Source of the DNA: an uncultured Phycisphaerales bacterium
GTDB taxonomy: Bacteria; Planctomycetota; Phycisphaerae; Sedimentisphaerales; Anaerobacaceae
Direction: 5' to 3'
Length of the DNA stretch: 64,000 nt
Assembly: GCA_963718665.1 (NCBI GenBank)
Contig: OY970359.1
Location: 832,001 to 896,000 of the forward strand
The notes under the pieces are model-generated. The model ran no database searches, was not told the origin of the DNA, and worked only from the letters and a program-made list of their open reading frames with translations. Within the stretch, counting starts at the first letter, position 1. Each line of letters starts with the position of its first letter. This document shows positions 46,500-55,541 of this stretch, one piece after another. Position numbers and translations under genes: made by a program.

Positions 46500-47543
46500 A
46501 TGTTACTATTATTTTTAAGAGTGTTTTTTGTGGTCATTATCATCGCGGTTTTTCTTGTGAACCTGACGGGGCAGGAGATTACCTCGGAAAAAGGCCGGCT
46601 GGATTTTTACGCCCTGCTCTGGAGCGGCCTGGCAATGGTGGTTATAACGTTTGTTATCGACATCCTGACGCCCAAAAAATCCCTGGCCTCACTGGCAGGC
46701 GTTTTCTTCGGGCTTCTCGTCGGTATTGTCGTAAGCTGGGCGCTGGCGCAGGTGCTCGATATGGTTGTTGATATTTATCGCATCGGGCTTACGGCAACGG
46801 TAACCAGTGCGCTGAAGTGGATGATGGGAATATGTATCTGCTTTCTTATTATCACTATCGTCATACGCACAAAAGACGACGTCCGCTTCGTGATTCCATA
46901 CGTCGAGTTCACAAAGCAAACCAAGGGTGCACGCCCCTTCGTCCTCGACACCTCCGCTATCATCGACGGCCGAATCGCCGACCTCTATAAGAGCAAGCTG
47001 TTCGACGCACCACTGATTGTCCCCAGGTTCGTCCTGAACGAAATTCAGCTCATCTCCGACTCCGCAGACAAGCTCAAACGAAACCGCGGCAGACGAGGCC
47101 TCGATATCCTCAAGGAAATGCAGACGAGCTCCTACATCGACCTGACCATCGATGATACCGCCATCCCGGATGAGGAAAGCTTAAAGGGTGTTGACCAGAA
47201 GCTTATACCCTTCACCAAAAACTGCGGCGGACGCCTCGTAACCACCGATTACAACCTCAGCAAAGTGGCCGCCGTCCGCGATGTTGACGTCCTCAATATC
47301 AACGACCTCGCCAACTCACTTAAAACCATCGCCCTCCCCGGCGAAAATATGAAGGTCCGCATCATCAAGCCGGGCGAAGAGCCCCAGCAGGGCGTCGGCT
47401 ATCTCGACGACGGAACCATGGTCGTCGTCGAAGACGCACGCGGCAAAATCGGCAAAGATATCATCATCGCCGTTACAAGCGCATTACAAACCTCCGCAGG
47501 CAAAATGATTTTCGGAAAATTCGAAAACTTCGCGGATCAATAA
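46500..47543 (+). CDS. membrane PIN/TRAM domain protein (YacL-like)
   Basis: 4 TM segments, LDTSAIIDGRI, RGRRGLDIL, TTDYNL, QGVGYLDDGTMVVVE, LQTSAGKMIF; GGAGG RBS. Confidence 0.92.
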   Translation: MLLLFLRVFFVVIIIAVFLVNLTGQEITSEKGRLDFYALLWSGLAMVVITFVIDILTPKKSLASLAGVFFGLLVGIVVSWALAQVLDMVVDIYRIGLTATVTSALKWMMGICICFLIITIVIRTKDDVRFVIPYVEFTKQTKGARPFVLDTSAIIDGRIADLYKSKLFDAPLIVPRFVLNEIQLISDSADKLKRNRGRRGLDILKEMQTSSYIDLTIDDTAIPDEESLKGVDQKLIPFTKNCGGRLVTTDYNLSKVAAVRDVDVLNINDLANSLKTIALPGENMKVRIIKPGEEPQQGVGYLDDGTMVVVEDARGKIGKDIIIAVTSALQTSAGKMIFGKFENFADQ

Positions 47544-47568
47544 CCACCAGAGGAATTCAATTTGTATT

Positions 47569-47607
47569 TAGCCCCGCCATCTTCGCCGAAGGCGAGTGGC
47601 GGGGTTT
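47569..47607. repeat. REP-like palindrome (TAGCCC family), possible bidirectional terminator
   Basis: tagccccgccatcttcgcc-gaa-ggcgagtggcggggttt between convergent genes; near-identical copies at 50837 and 55652. Confidence 0.8.
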
Positions 47608-47618
47608 ATATTTTATTG

Positions 47619-48701
47619 TTACAGATTCTTCAACAGTTTCATCAGCGTCGGCACAATCTCGCTTTCCGCGACGGTTGCGATTTTGACGCCCTTCTTGTAA
47701 ACAAACGCCTTGTTCTTAGCCGCGCATACCGCCAAATCCGCGTCAGCCGCCTCCCCTGGCCCGTTCACAATACACCCCATTACCGCAATTCGAACCGATT
47801 TATCGATACCACTAACCGCTTTTTTCACCTTGCGAGCAAGCCCCCCTATATCAATCTCGGTCCTCGCGCACGTCGGGCACACTATCAACTGCAGTTTAGG
47901 CGCAGGATACAGCCCCAGCGAAATCAAAATCTGTTTGGCGATTCCCGTCTCGATGACCGGGTCCCCCGCCGCGCTCACCCGTATCGTGTCCCCTATCCCT
48001 TCCGCCAGCAACGCCCCCAGAGTTACCGCCGACGGCACACACGCATCCTCCGGCAGGCCCGCGTGCGTCAAACCTAAGTGAATCGGGTAATCGAACGTCT
48101 CCGATATCCGCCTGTTTATTTCGATTGTGCGCACCGCGTCGCTGCTTTTGGCGCTCAGAACGATTTGGTGAAAACCGTGATTCTCAAATAGCCGGACGTA
48201 ACCCTTCATTTCCTTCAGCATCAGCGCAACCCGCCTGCCCGAAACAACATCCGGCTTTCTCAAATCCCTTATGCTCGCCTCGTTGACGCCGATGCGAATC
48301 GCAACCTTGTGCATCTTCGCCGCATCGATAATACGCAATATGTCGCCGCGATTCTTTATATTACCCGGGTTGAGTCGTATCTTCGCCGCACCCGCCTCAA
48401 TTGCCTCAATCGCCCTGTCTGCGCTAAAATGTATGTCCGCTACCAGCGGGATTTTCACCTTTTGAACAATTTTGGCAAATGCTTCCGTATCCGCACGCGT
48501 CGGCACCGCCAGCCGAACCAGCCCGCAACCCGCCTGGGCCAATTGCTCTATCTGCCGAACGCACCTCGCCACGTCCGTCGTCAGCACCTTCGTCATCGAT
48601 TGTATCACAACCGCCGACGACGACCCAATCTTAACTCCGCCTGTGGTGAGCTTGTCGAATCCACCAACGTCAACCGTCCTCGTTTTTCTTCTCTTAATCA
48701 T
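47619..48701 (-). CDS. ispG: HMBPP synthase (flavodoxin/ferredoxin)
   Basis: VIQSMT, PLVADIHF, RLNPGNI, GIGDTIRVS, CPTCAR, AVMGCIVNGPGE. Confidence 0.96.
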   Translation of the reverse strand: MIKRRKTRTVDVGGFDKLTTGGVKIGSSSAVVIQSMTKVLTTDVARCVRQIEQLAQAGCGLVRLAVPTRADTEAFAKIVQKVKIPLVADIHFSADRAIEAIEAGAAKIRLNPGNIKNRGDILRIIDAAKMHKVAIRIGVNEASIRDLRKPDVVSGRRVALMLKEMKGYVRLFENHGFHQIVLSAKSSDAVRTIEINRRISETFDYPIHLGLTHAGLPEDACVPSAVTLGALLAEGIGDTIRVSAAGDPVIETGIAKQILISLGLYPAPKLQLIVCPTCARTEIDIGGLARKVKKAVSGIDKSVRIAVMGCIVNGPGEAADADLAVCAAKNKAFVYKKGVKIATVAESEIVPTLMKLLKNL

Positions 48702-48750
48702 ACCCGAATTGTATCTTGTCCTATTCACCCAATCAAATTAAAATACCGCT

Positions 48751-49605
48751 ATGGCTTCGATGCTTCTCGACATCATTGTGTTGATATGCCTGGCATACCT
48801 CGGCCTGGGACTGTTTCTATATTACATGCAGTCCCGCTTCCTCTACGAACCCGTCCGCCAAATTCCCTACACCCCCGCTGAACTCGGCCTCAATTTCGAA
48901 GAGGTCTATTTCAAAACCGGCGACCGCTTCCGACTCCACGGCTGGTTCGTCCCGGCGCCAAACGCCCAGTTTACCGTCCTCTACTGCCACGGCAACGGCG
49001 GCAATATGATGTACTTCCTCGATACCGTTAACTTCCTCAACAAGCTCGGACTCAATTGCTTCGTCTTCGATTATCGCGGCTACGGCTACAGCCAGGGAGT
49101 CCCCTCCGAAAACGGAACATACCTCGACGCCAGGGCCGCCTACAGATGGCTCACAAAGAAAAAAGGCGTCGCGCCGCAACAAATCATCCTCTTCGGCTGG
49201 TCGCTCGGCGGAAGCATCGCCGCCTATCTCGCAACCAAATTCAAATCCGCAGCCCTCGTCATCGAAAGTGCCTTCACATCGTATCCAGCCATTGGCCAGA
49301 AATTTTACCCCTATATGCCCGTAAAATGGTTCGCCAGGTTCGACTACCCCGCTATCGAATACGTCCGTAAAGTTACATGCCCCGTCCTCGTCATTCACAG
49401 CAGAAACGACGAAATTATCCCCTTCGAACTCGGCCTCAAGATTTACGACGCCGCCAATGAGCCCAAAAAATTCGTCGAAATCTTCGGCAAACACAACGAT
49501 TGTCTCCTCATCTCAGGCGAAACTTACAAAAAGGCCTGGACCAATTGGCTCACATTTTTGAAAGAATCGACCGATATTGAAAATACCCGACAAAAATCCG
49601 TGTAA
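48751..49605 (+). CDS. alpha/beta hydrolase (ABHD13/YhfR-like)
   Basis: HGNGGN, DYRGYG.S.G, GWSLGG nucleophile, D and H of triad (HSRNDEIIP, KHND). Confidence 0.9.
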   Translation: MASMLLDIIVLICLAYLGLGLFLYYMQSRFLYEPVRQIPYTPAELGLNFEEVYFKTGDRFRLHGWFVPAPNAQFTVLYCHGNGGNMMYFLDTVNFLNKLGLNCFVFDYRGYGYSQGVPSENGTYLDARAAYRWLTKKKGVAPQQIILFGWSLGGSIAAYLATKFKSAALVIESAFTSYPAIGQKFYPYMPVKWFARFDYPAIEYVRKVTCPVLVIHSRNDEIIPFELGLKIYDAANEPKKFVEIFGKHNDCLLISGETYKKAWTNWLTFLKESTDIENTRQKSV

Positions 49606-49612
49606 TCCTGGT

Positions 49613-49740
49613 TAGCCCCCAGGCCTGTTCACCCTAAGCTTGTCGAAGGGCCTGGGGGGTTAAATATAATGTAAACTTCGTGTCTTGCCTGCCCCCACGG
49701 CTACTTGTCGAAGACAAGTGTGGGGGGTGTCTTAGTGGCA
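49613..49740. repeat. cluster of REP-like hairpins with GAA loops
   Basis: tagcccccaggcc..ccctaagcttgtcgaagggcctgggggg; gcccccac..acttgtc-gaa-gacaagt..gtgggggg set inside cttcgtgt/cttagtgg octamers. Confidence 0.75.
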
Positions 49741-49756
49741 AATTAAGGAAATACTT

Positions 49757-49966
49757 ATGAAAAGAAACGAATTGCACAAAATCTTAAACCCGATTCTCGT
49801 CGTGTTCTTTATCAATCAGGCGATAACAGTCCTGTTCCTCGACGAGTTACCCCGCTGGGCATTCCAGGTTTTTCACAAAGCCGGCGGCGGCATCCTGCTC
49901 GCCCTTATTGCCGTCCACTTCATCCTGAACTTCAACTGGGTCAAAGCAAATTACTTCGCAAAATAA
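49757..49966 (+). CDS. small 2-TM membrane protein with His residues (DUF4405-like)
   Basis: AAGGA RBS; ..FHKAGG....VHFILNFNWVK. Confidence 0.6.
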   Translation: MKRNELHKILNPILVVFFINQAITVLFLDELPRWAFQVFHKAGGGILLALIAVHFILNFNWVKANYFAK

Positions 49967-50125
49967 TTGTATGTCGTGGCTTGCCCGCCGCAGGTGCGGA
50001 TTGCCGGGATATCGCAATAATTTCGAATGCAAGTGCAATATTATCAGGTTCCAAAGCGTCATTAATTGAAGATATAAACGGCTTATCACTTTTAAAAACC
50101 ACTGATTGCGGAAAGGATGGACAAT

Positions 50126-50809
50126 ATGAAAATCGATTGTATAAGAAAAATGATTGCGATTTTGGCCGTATTGACTTTTGGTTGTGCTGTAGCTTTTGCG
50201 GCACCTGCCCCGGATTCCAATTCGCCTGCGCACAGGAATAGAGGTCCGGCTGCACAAAGGCCCGTTCGCGACTTTTTGCAGGAGCTTAGCGAAAAACTGA
50301 ACCTCACAGACGCACAGAAGGCCGCCATCAAACCGATTCTGGCGACCGAAGTCAACGAAATAAAGGCCGTTCATCAGGATAGTTCGCTTTCAGCTGAGCA
50401 AAAACAGGCGAAAATCAAAGAAATTCGGGACAACAACAGAGAAAAGATAAACGCTCTCCTGACACCTGATCAGCAGAAAATATTTGCCGAAATGAAAGGC
50501 CAAGCGGGCAACAGAATGCGCGAACAATTCCAAAACCGCATGGCTCTGCTCGCTGAAAAACTGAACCTCACGGACGCACAGAAGGCCGCCATCAACCCGA
50601 TTATGGCGACCGAGGCCAATGATATTAAAGCTGTCATGCAGGACAATTCCCTCTCTAAGGAACAAAAGCAAACTAAAATCTCTGGCATCCGGGAAGCTTC
50701 AGACACAAAGATAAATGCGCTCCTTACCCCCGAACAGCAGGCCAAATGGGCTCAATTAAAAGAAAACGCAAAACAGGAGCGTAATAAGAAGAATGCACCG
50801 GGTACATAA
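50126..50809 (+). CDS. secreted Spy/CpxP-like LTxxQ-motif protein with internal duplication
   Basis: Signal peptide; two EKLNLTDAQKAAI...KINALLTPxQQ modules. Confidence 0.82.
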   Translation: MKIDCIRKMIAILAVLTFGCAVAFAAPAPDSNSPAHRNRGPAAQRPVRDFLQELSEKLNLTDAQKAAIKPILATEVNEIKAVHQDSSLSAEQKQAKIKEIRDNNREKINALLTPDQQKIFAEMKGQAGNRMREQFQNRMALLAEKLNLTDAQKAAINPIMATEANDIKAVMQDNSLSKEQKQTKISGIREASDTKINALLTPEQQAKWAQLKENAKQERNKKNAPGT

Positions 50810-50836
50810 CACGGTTTTTCTACTTCCTTAAATAAT

Positions 50837-50963
50837 TAGCCCTGCCACCTTCGCCCTTGGCGAGTGGCAGGGTTTTTGTTTGTCTGCCCTCCGTAGCCTC
50901 TGGCGAAGGAGGGTCCGTCTTCCGTTATCCGGCATCTACTTCGTGGCTTAGTGGCTTAGTGGC
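50837..50963. repeat. REP-like hairpins and octamer repeats
   Basis: tagccctgccaccttcgcccttggcgagtggcagggt; ccctccgtagcctctggcgaaggaggg; cttcgtgg cttagtgg cttagtgg. Confidence 0.75.
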
Positions 50964-51155
50964 AAAAGTTGATGAGTTAAAATCTTGGGTTTCTGCTCCT
51001 GAGGCATCTGCCCCTGATGTACATGACAGCAAACATCATGGTTATAGATACTCAGAATACGCGTGCAGTTCGGAAACACGCACTTCCTGTTATCAGCCGA
51101 AGTTTTTAGCGCTTTTCCCATCGTTACTCCTACAGATAATTCACCAGACAAATAT

Positions 51156-51184
51156 GAAAGGCCCCCCCACGGGTGAGGCCTTTC
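51156..51184 (-). terminator. hairpin downstream of cold-shock gene
   Basis: gaaaggcc...ggcctttc stem just after the csp stop. Confidence 0.55.
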
Positions 51185-51191
51185 TTTCACG

Positions 51192-51410
51192 TTAATTTAC
51201 GGCAGCTTGTCGCGGAACTACGTTTGTCGCGCAGGGTCCTTTTTTGCCCTCGCCCACCGTGTACTCAACCTTCTGCCCTTCGTCCAAATTCGCATACCCG
51301 GTTGTCTTGACTTCCGAGTGGTGAACGAAAAGGTCGGCTCCGCCGTCGTCAGCGACGATAAACCCGTATCCCTTTTCACCATTGAACCATTTCACTGTTC
51401 CTGTACTCAC
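51192..51410 (-). CDS. cold-shock protein (CspA family)
   Basis: GTVKWFNGEKGYGFI, DLFVHHS, GKKGPCATNV; GTG start with AGGAG RBS. Confidence 0.95.
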   Translation of the reverse strand: MSTGTVKWFNGEKGYGFIVADDGGADLFVHHSEVKTTGYANLDEGQKVEYTVGEGKKGPCATNVVPRQAAVN

Positions 51411-51517
51411 AAATACTCCTTGGCCTTCTAATCGGCCTGCAATTTATAACGTGCCTCTCACATTTGCTGTTGGAGGATACCCTTGAAAGGCGGAAAGATA
51501 TGCTCTACATAATACCT

Positions 51518-51545
51518 ATTATACGCTGCATTACCCCGCCCGCAA
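51518..51545 (-). promoter_or_regulatory. possible promoter of csp (gives ~100-nt 5' UTR)
   Basis: TTGCGG-16 nt-TATAAT. Confidence 0.45.
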
Positions 51546-51808
51546 CAAAATAATAAATTTTTATTCAATATTCCCACAAACCACCTTTCGTAGCGCAGCG
51601 AAGATTCCAGCGCATGCTGGAACCCATCAAGCGCAGCGAGGCGGGGTTGCCTTAAAAAATAATTTTTTTCCAACACTTTCTCCGGAATAAACGCCTTTAA
51701 TAGTGTATAATGACTATAGCATCTGAATATCCATGGAAATCAGGCATACCGCGTTAGTGACCGTTTATCTCACTAAAAAACAGGCAAAATAATATACTGG
51801 ATAAAACA

Positions 51809-52138
51809 ATGGGTAACGAAAAGCACATTATTGCTCAAATAGAGGCATATATCCGCCAGGGAGGCGGCGAATACGGCGATTGGTATATAGGTCTGGCTGA
51901 TAACCCCATCGACCCCATTACAGAAGCTTACCGCCTTCATAAAGTCCAAAACCGCAGGTTTACATACATAGAAACCGTCTCGCACCAGGCCGCAAAGGCC
52001 GCTGCCGATTATTTCCTCAATGTCTGCGGCACTGACGGCAATCTCAGCGATATTGACACAATCCGCCCCTCCCGGGCGCTTTATATTTACAAAAAAGCCC
52101 CTCAACTCTTTCCCTCCGAATCCGCCATACCAGTATAA
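51809..52138 (+). CDS. hypothetical protein (weak GIY-YIG-like WYIG motif)
   Basis: 109-aa ORF, YGDWYIGLADNP...LH...YFL..CGTDG...LYIYKK. Confidence 0.6.
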   Translation: MGNEKHIIAQIEAYIRQGGGEYGDWYIGLADNPIDPITEAYRLHKVQNRRFTYIETVSHQAAKAAADYFLNVCGTDGNLSDIDTIRPSRALYIYKKAPQLFPSESAIPV

Positions 52139-52388
52139 GACGTAACCGCATACCTGCCTGCCCTCGGGGTGAGCTTTCTTATATTGCAAACGGAGGGTCC
52201 GGCGTAGGTGTATCGCAAGGGGTGGCATCTGCTTTTGGCGGATTTCGGCAGTAAAATTTTTGCTGTTTTTATAGGTTTTTGCCATTCAAGATGTTATGCT
52301 TGTGCTGTATCGGTCTATGGAGACCGACGGTTATGCGTTCGAATCGTGTCTGACGCATTTATTTTCCCGCAGATAAACTGGAGAACTC

Positions 52389-53489
52389 ATGCCAGATTTT
52401 GTTACAGGCGTTGTTAAAAAGACATCCAAAGGCAGTTTCGTTTTGCGTGACCCGGCTCGTTCATTCAGGCCCGCCGCCCGTGATGTAGTCATCCCCTCCG
52501 CACTGATGCATAAATGCTCTCTTGTTGAAGGTGCGGCCGTCACCGCAACTACACGCACCGACAGGGGGCTTACGCTGCTTGGAAATGTCGAATCCGTCTG
52601 CGGCCTCACCGTCGAGGAATTCAAAAAACGCACTCCCTATCAGAAGCTTACCGCCGTGTCCCCGTATCAGAGGTTCGACCTTGAAAAATCCGGCGAGCTT
52701 TCGATGCGCATCGTTGACCTTGTCGCCCCGATGGGCAAAGGCACCCGCGGCCTCATCGTCTCGCCCCCAAAAGCAGGCAAAACAACCCTTCTTGCCCAGC
52801 TCGCAAAAGGAATCCTCGCCGACGACCCCAAAGCCCAAATTATCATTCTGCTCATCGACGAGCGACCCGAAGAAGTTACACAGTTAAAACGCGGCATCGT
52901 TGGCGCAACGGTTGTCGCGTCCTCAATCGACCAGACAATCGACGACCATGTCGAACTGGCAGAAATTCTTCTGGCGTATATCAAAATACAGCTTGAATGC
53001 GGCCGTGATATTGTCGTCCTTGTCGATTCCATAACCCGCATGGGGCGTGCGTTTAATCGCAAAGGAACAGGCACAGGCCGAATGATGTCCGGCGGCCTTG
53101 AGGCAGGCGTCCTTGAAATTCCTCGCCGCTTTCTCGGCATGGCCAGAAAAATCGAAAATGGCGGCTCCGTTACTATCATCGCCACCGCGCTTATCGATAC
53201 CGGCTCACGAATGGATCAGCTCATCTTTGAAGAATTCAAAGGCACTGGCAACAGTGAAATCATCCTCTCCCGCTCGCTTGCCGAGCAGCGCATTTTCCCT
53301 GCTATCGATATCCCCGCCTCCGGCACACGAATGGACGAGCAACTCTGGGGCAAAGCTGACAGCAAAAAACTTGCCAACCTCCGCAGGGGTCTGTCTGGCC
53401 AAAACCCCGCCGATGCCCTCAATACCCTCACCGCCGCCCTCCGAAAATACCCCACCAACGCCGAACTCCTCAAAATCATACCTGGTTAA
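52389..53489 (+). CDS. rho: transcription termination factor Rho, short form
   Basis: PMGKGTRGLIVSPPKAGKTT, IDERPEEVT, DSITRMGRAFN, SGG, FEEFKGTGNSEI, RIFPAIDI. Confidence 0.9.
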   Translation: MPDFVTGVVKKTSKGSFVLRDPARSFRPAARDVVIPSALMHKCSLVEGAAVTATTRTDRGLTLLGNVESVCGLTVEEFKKRTPYQKLTAVSPYQRFDLEKSGELSMRIVDLVAPMGKGTRGLIVSPPKAGKTTLLAQLAKGILADDPKAQIIILLIDERPEEVTQLKRGIVGATVVASSIDQTIDDHVELAEILLAYIKIQLECGRDIVVLVDSITRMGRAFNRKGTGTGRMMSGGLEAGVLEIPRRFLGMARKIENGGSVTIIATALIDTGSRMDQLIFEEFKGTGNSEIILSRSLAEQRIFPAIDIPASGTRMDEQLWGKADSKKLANLRRGLSGQNPADALNTLTAALRKYPTNAELLKIIPG

Positions 53490-53507
53490 TTTACTTCATC
53501 ATTCAAT

Positions 53508-53591
53508 ATTGGGTGTTGGACATTGGACATTTATTAAGGATACGACCGAATCCTTCAACTCAAAACTCAACACTAAAAACTCAAAACTAAC
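53508..53591. repeat. heptamer tandem repeats (ATTGGAC, AACTCAA) between convergent genes
   Basis: attgggt gttggac attggac; aactcaa aactcaa cactaaa aactcaa aactaac. Confidence 0.7.
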
Positions 53592-53601
53592 TTCGGGCTT
53601 T

Positions 53602-54771
53602 TTACTTTTTCACAGGCGTCATCTTTACGAGAATCACATCAAGCGCATCAACCTTGCCTTCGAAATTTTTCGCAGTTGTGCCGACATTTTGCTTCTTCCA
53701 CAAATCCTGTATTTCATAGTTGCCCGCAAGAAACGGAAAATTCGCCCAGTTAATTCTCAGCTTCACCGCCTCATCGCTGTTATTGAAAAAACACACCGCC
53801 CAGCAGCCATTCGACAGTTCCTTCACCCAGATTTGTTTGCCTGGGTGGTCCATAAACTGGTATCCCTGTTTGCCTAACGGGTCCTGGTCAATAGCAATCA
53901 CTTCCTTATTGGTCAGAATATCGCGAATGTCATTCGACATATTTCGCACGTCGTTACCCGCCATCAAAGGCGCAGCTATAACGCACCACAGCGAAAAATG
54001 TGCCCTCGACTCCGCTATTGAAAGCCCTTTATTACCCACTTCGAGCATATCCGGGTCGTTCCAGTGGTCCGGCCCCGCGTACTTTTCCAGCCCTATCTGG
54101 CTCTTCAGGATAAACTTCCACCCCAGCGAATACGTCTCCTGGCAATCATAGCAATTGGTGATATCGCCCGTCGTCCGCCACAGATGCCCTATGTCCTGTG
54201 CCCATTCCCATGGCTTGTTGCTGCCCCATTCGCATAAGCTAAAGACAATCGGCCTGCCTGTCGCGTACAGGGCATTTCCCATTGTCCTGTATGTCTCCTC
54301 CGCGTTTGCCGTGCCGTGATAACACCAGTCGTATTTGAGATAATCAACGCCCCACGATGCATACAATCGGGCGTCCTGGAATTCGTGTCCCCGTCCGCCC
54401 GGAAAACCGGAGCAGGTCTTTGTCCCCGCGCAGTTGTGTATCCCGAATTTGAATCCTTTTGAATGAAGATAATCGCCCAGCGCCTTCATTCCGCTCGGAA
54501 ATTTATTCGGGTCAGGCACAAGATTACCCTGTGCGTCCCTTTCCATCGCTTCCCATCCGTCGTCTATTACGATGTAGTTATACCCCGCGTCCCGCATCCC
54601 GCTTGCTATTAGTGCCTCAGCCGTCTCCCTGATAAGCTTTTCATCGACTTTCATCGCGAACGTATTCCAGCTGTTCCATCCCATTGGCGGCGTAGGTGCC
54701 AGCCCCTTGAATTTCTCCGCCGATGCCCAAACAGGCAAACACAATACAAATAGCACCGCAATCCGTTTCAT
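53602..54771 (-). CDS. secreted GH27 alpha-galactosidase
   Basis: LAPTPPMGWNSWN, IDDGW, WGVDYLKYDWC, WRTTGDI, WNDPDMLEVGN. Confidence 0.95.
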   Translation of the reverse strand: MKRIAVLFVLCLPVWASAEKFKGLAPTPPMGWNSWNTFAMKVDEKLIRETAEALIASGMRDAGYNYIVIDDGWEAMERDAQGNLVPDPNKFPSGMKALGDYLHSKGFKFGIHNCAGTKTCSGFPGGRGHEFQDARLYASWGVDYLKYDWCYHGTANAEETYRTMGNALYATGRPIVFSLCEWGSNKPWEWAQDIGHLWRTTGDITNCYDCQETYSLGWKFILKSQIGLEKYAGPDHWNDPDMLEVGNKGLSIAESRAHFSLWCVIAAPLMAGNDVRNMSNDIRDILTNKEVIAIDQDPLGKQGYQFMDHPGKQIWVKELSNGCWAVCFFNNSDEAVKLRINWANFPFLAGNYEIQDLWKKQNVGTTAKNFEGKVDALDVILVKMTPVKK

Positions 54772-54861
54772 CTTGTCGCTCTCCTTATCTGGCTAAAAAA
54801 GGGTCCATTCGTTTTCTCGAAAAATAATTATACTCGACACGCGATTAACTGTCCATTGCCG

Positions 54862-54963
54862 TGCCTGCCCCCGCGTCTCGTTTCGCGAAGCAAAACGGCG
54901 GGGGTCGTTTTACGGATTGGACATTTATCCGCCGTAGTTTTAACGAAGGCGGATTGGACATTT
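54862..54963. repeat. REP-like hairpins with GCGAAG/CGAAG loops, second one bracketed by a 14-nt direct repeat
   Basis: cccccgc..gtttcgcgaagcaaaac..gcggggg; cggattggacattt at 54913-26 and 54950-63 around ccgccgtagttttaacgaaggcgg. Confidence 0.75.
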
Positions 54964-54977
54964 CTCCGTCCTCTGCC

Positions 54978-55084
54978 TTCTAACTTCTAACTTCTCACTT
55001 CTTACTTCTTACTTCTCCCTTCTCCCTTCTCCCTTCTAACTTCTGCCTTCTCCCCTGATTCCCTGGTATCCTGATAACCTGTCT
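54978..55084. repeat. 11x heptamer TTCTNNC array followed by 4x octamer
   Basis: ttctaac ttctaac ttctcac ttcttac ttcttac ttctccc x3 ttctaac ttctgcc ttctccc; then ccctgatt ccctggta tcctgata acctgtct. Confidence 0.88.
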
Positions 55085-55281
55085 TCCGTCACCTGTCCTC
55101 CGCAGCCCCCCGCCTCCGGCGGGAGATAGGCATTAGCGAGGTCTGAAATAGGCAAACTGCCCATGGCTCGACAGCTATCGGGCGGACGATATTATTCGTA
55201 TAGTACGTCATGGAAAGCGTGAAAAAACAGAACGCCGAACGGTCTTTGAAAAAGTATTTGCGTTAAGCAAAGGAGCTTAAA

Positions 55282-55536
55282 ATGTCGGTTTTAACCTTAC
55301 GCACGGACGGGTCGGCTGCGGTCGGCGAAAGTATAATGAGCACAATCGCTTATGTCTTTGGTGATAATATACGGCCGGAAATAACTCCTGCAATGATTGC
55401 TTCGCTGTCGAATGTTCGCAGAGACAAGATTACCAGGGTTCGCCAACAGCTCGAACGTGGCACATACGACCTTGATGAGCGATTGGATGCCGTTCTCGAC
55501 CGTATCCTTATGGACATCACACCATCGCAGCGATAA
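55282..55536 (+). CDS. FlgM-like anti-sigma factor domain protein
   Basis: AAGGAG RBS; VRRDKITRVRQQLERGTYDLDERLDAVLDRIL fits the FlgM C-terminal pattern. Confidence 0.62.
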   Translation: MSVLTLRTDGSAAVGESIMSTIAYVFGDNIRPEITPAMIASLSNVRRDKITRVRQQLERGTYDLDERLDAVLDRILMDITPSQR

Positions 55537-55541
55537 TCGAT

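Noticed and set aside
51533..51648. Long inverted repeat upstream of csp as a thermosensor or riboswitch
   Set aside because: Lies across and upstream of the predicted promoter and contains TCGCTGCGCT repeat units; more likely another repeat element
55151..55190. c-di-GMP-I riboswitch-like start (GGCAAAC...GGACG) upstream of the FlgM-like gene
   Set aside because: No GNRA tetraloop, no GCAAAGC junction and no receptor stem; would need an Rfam hit
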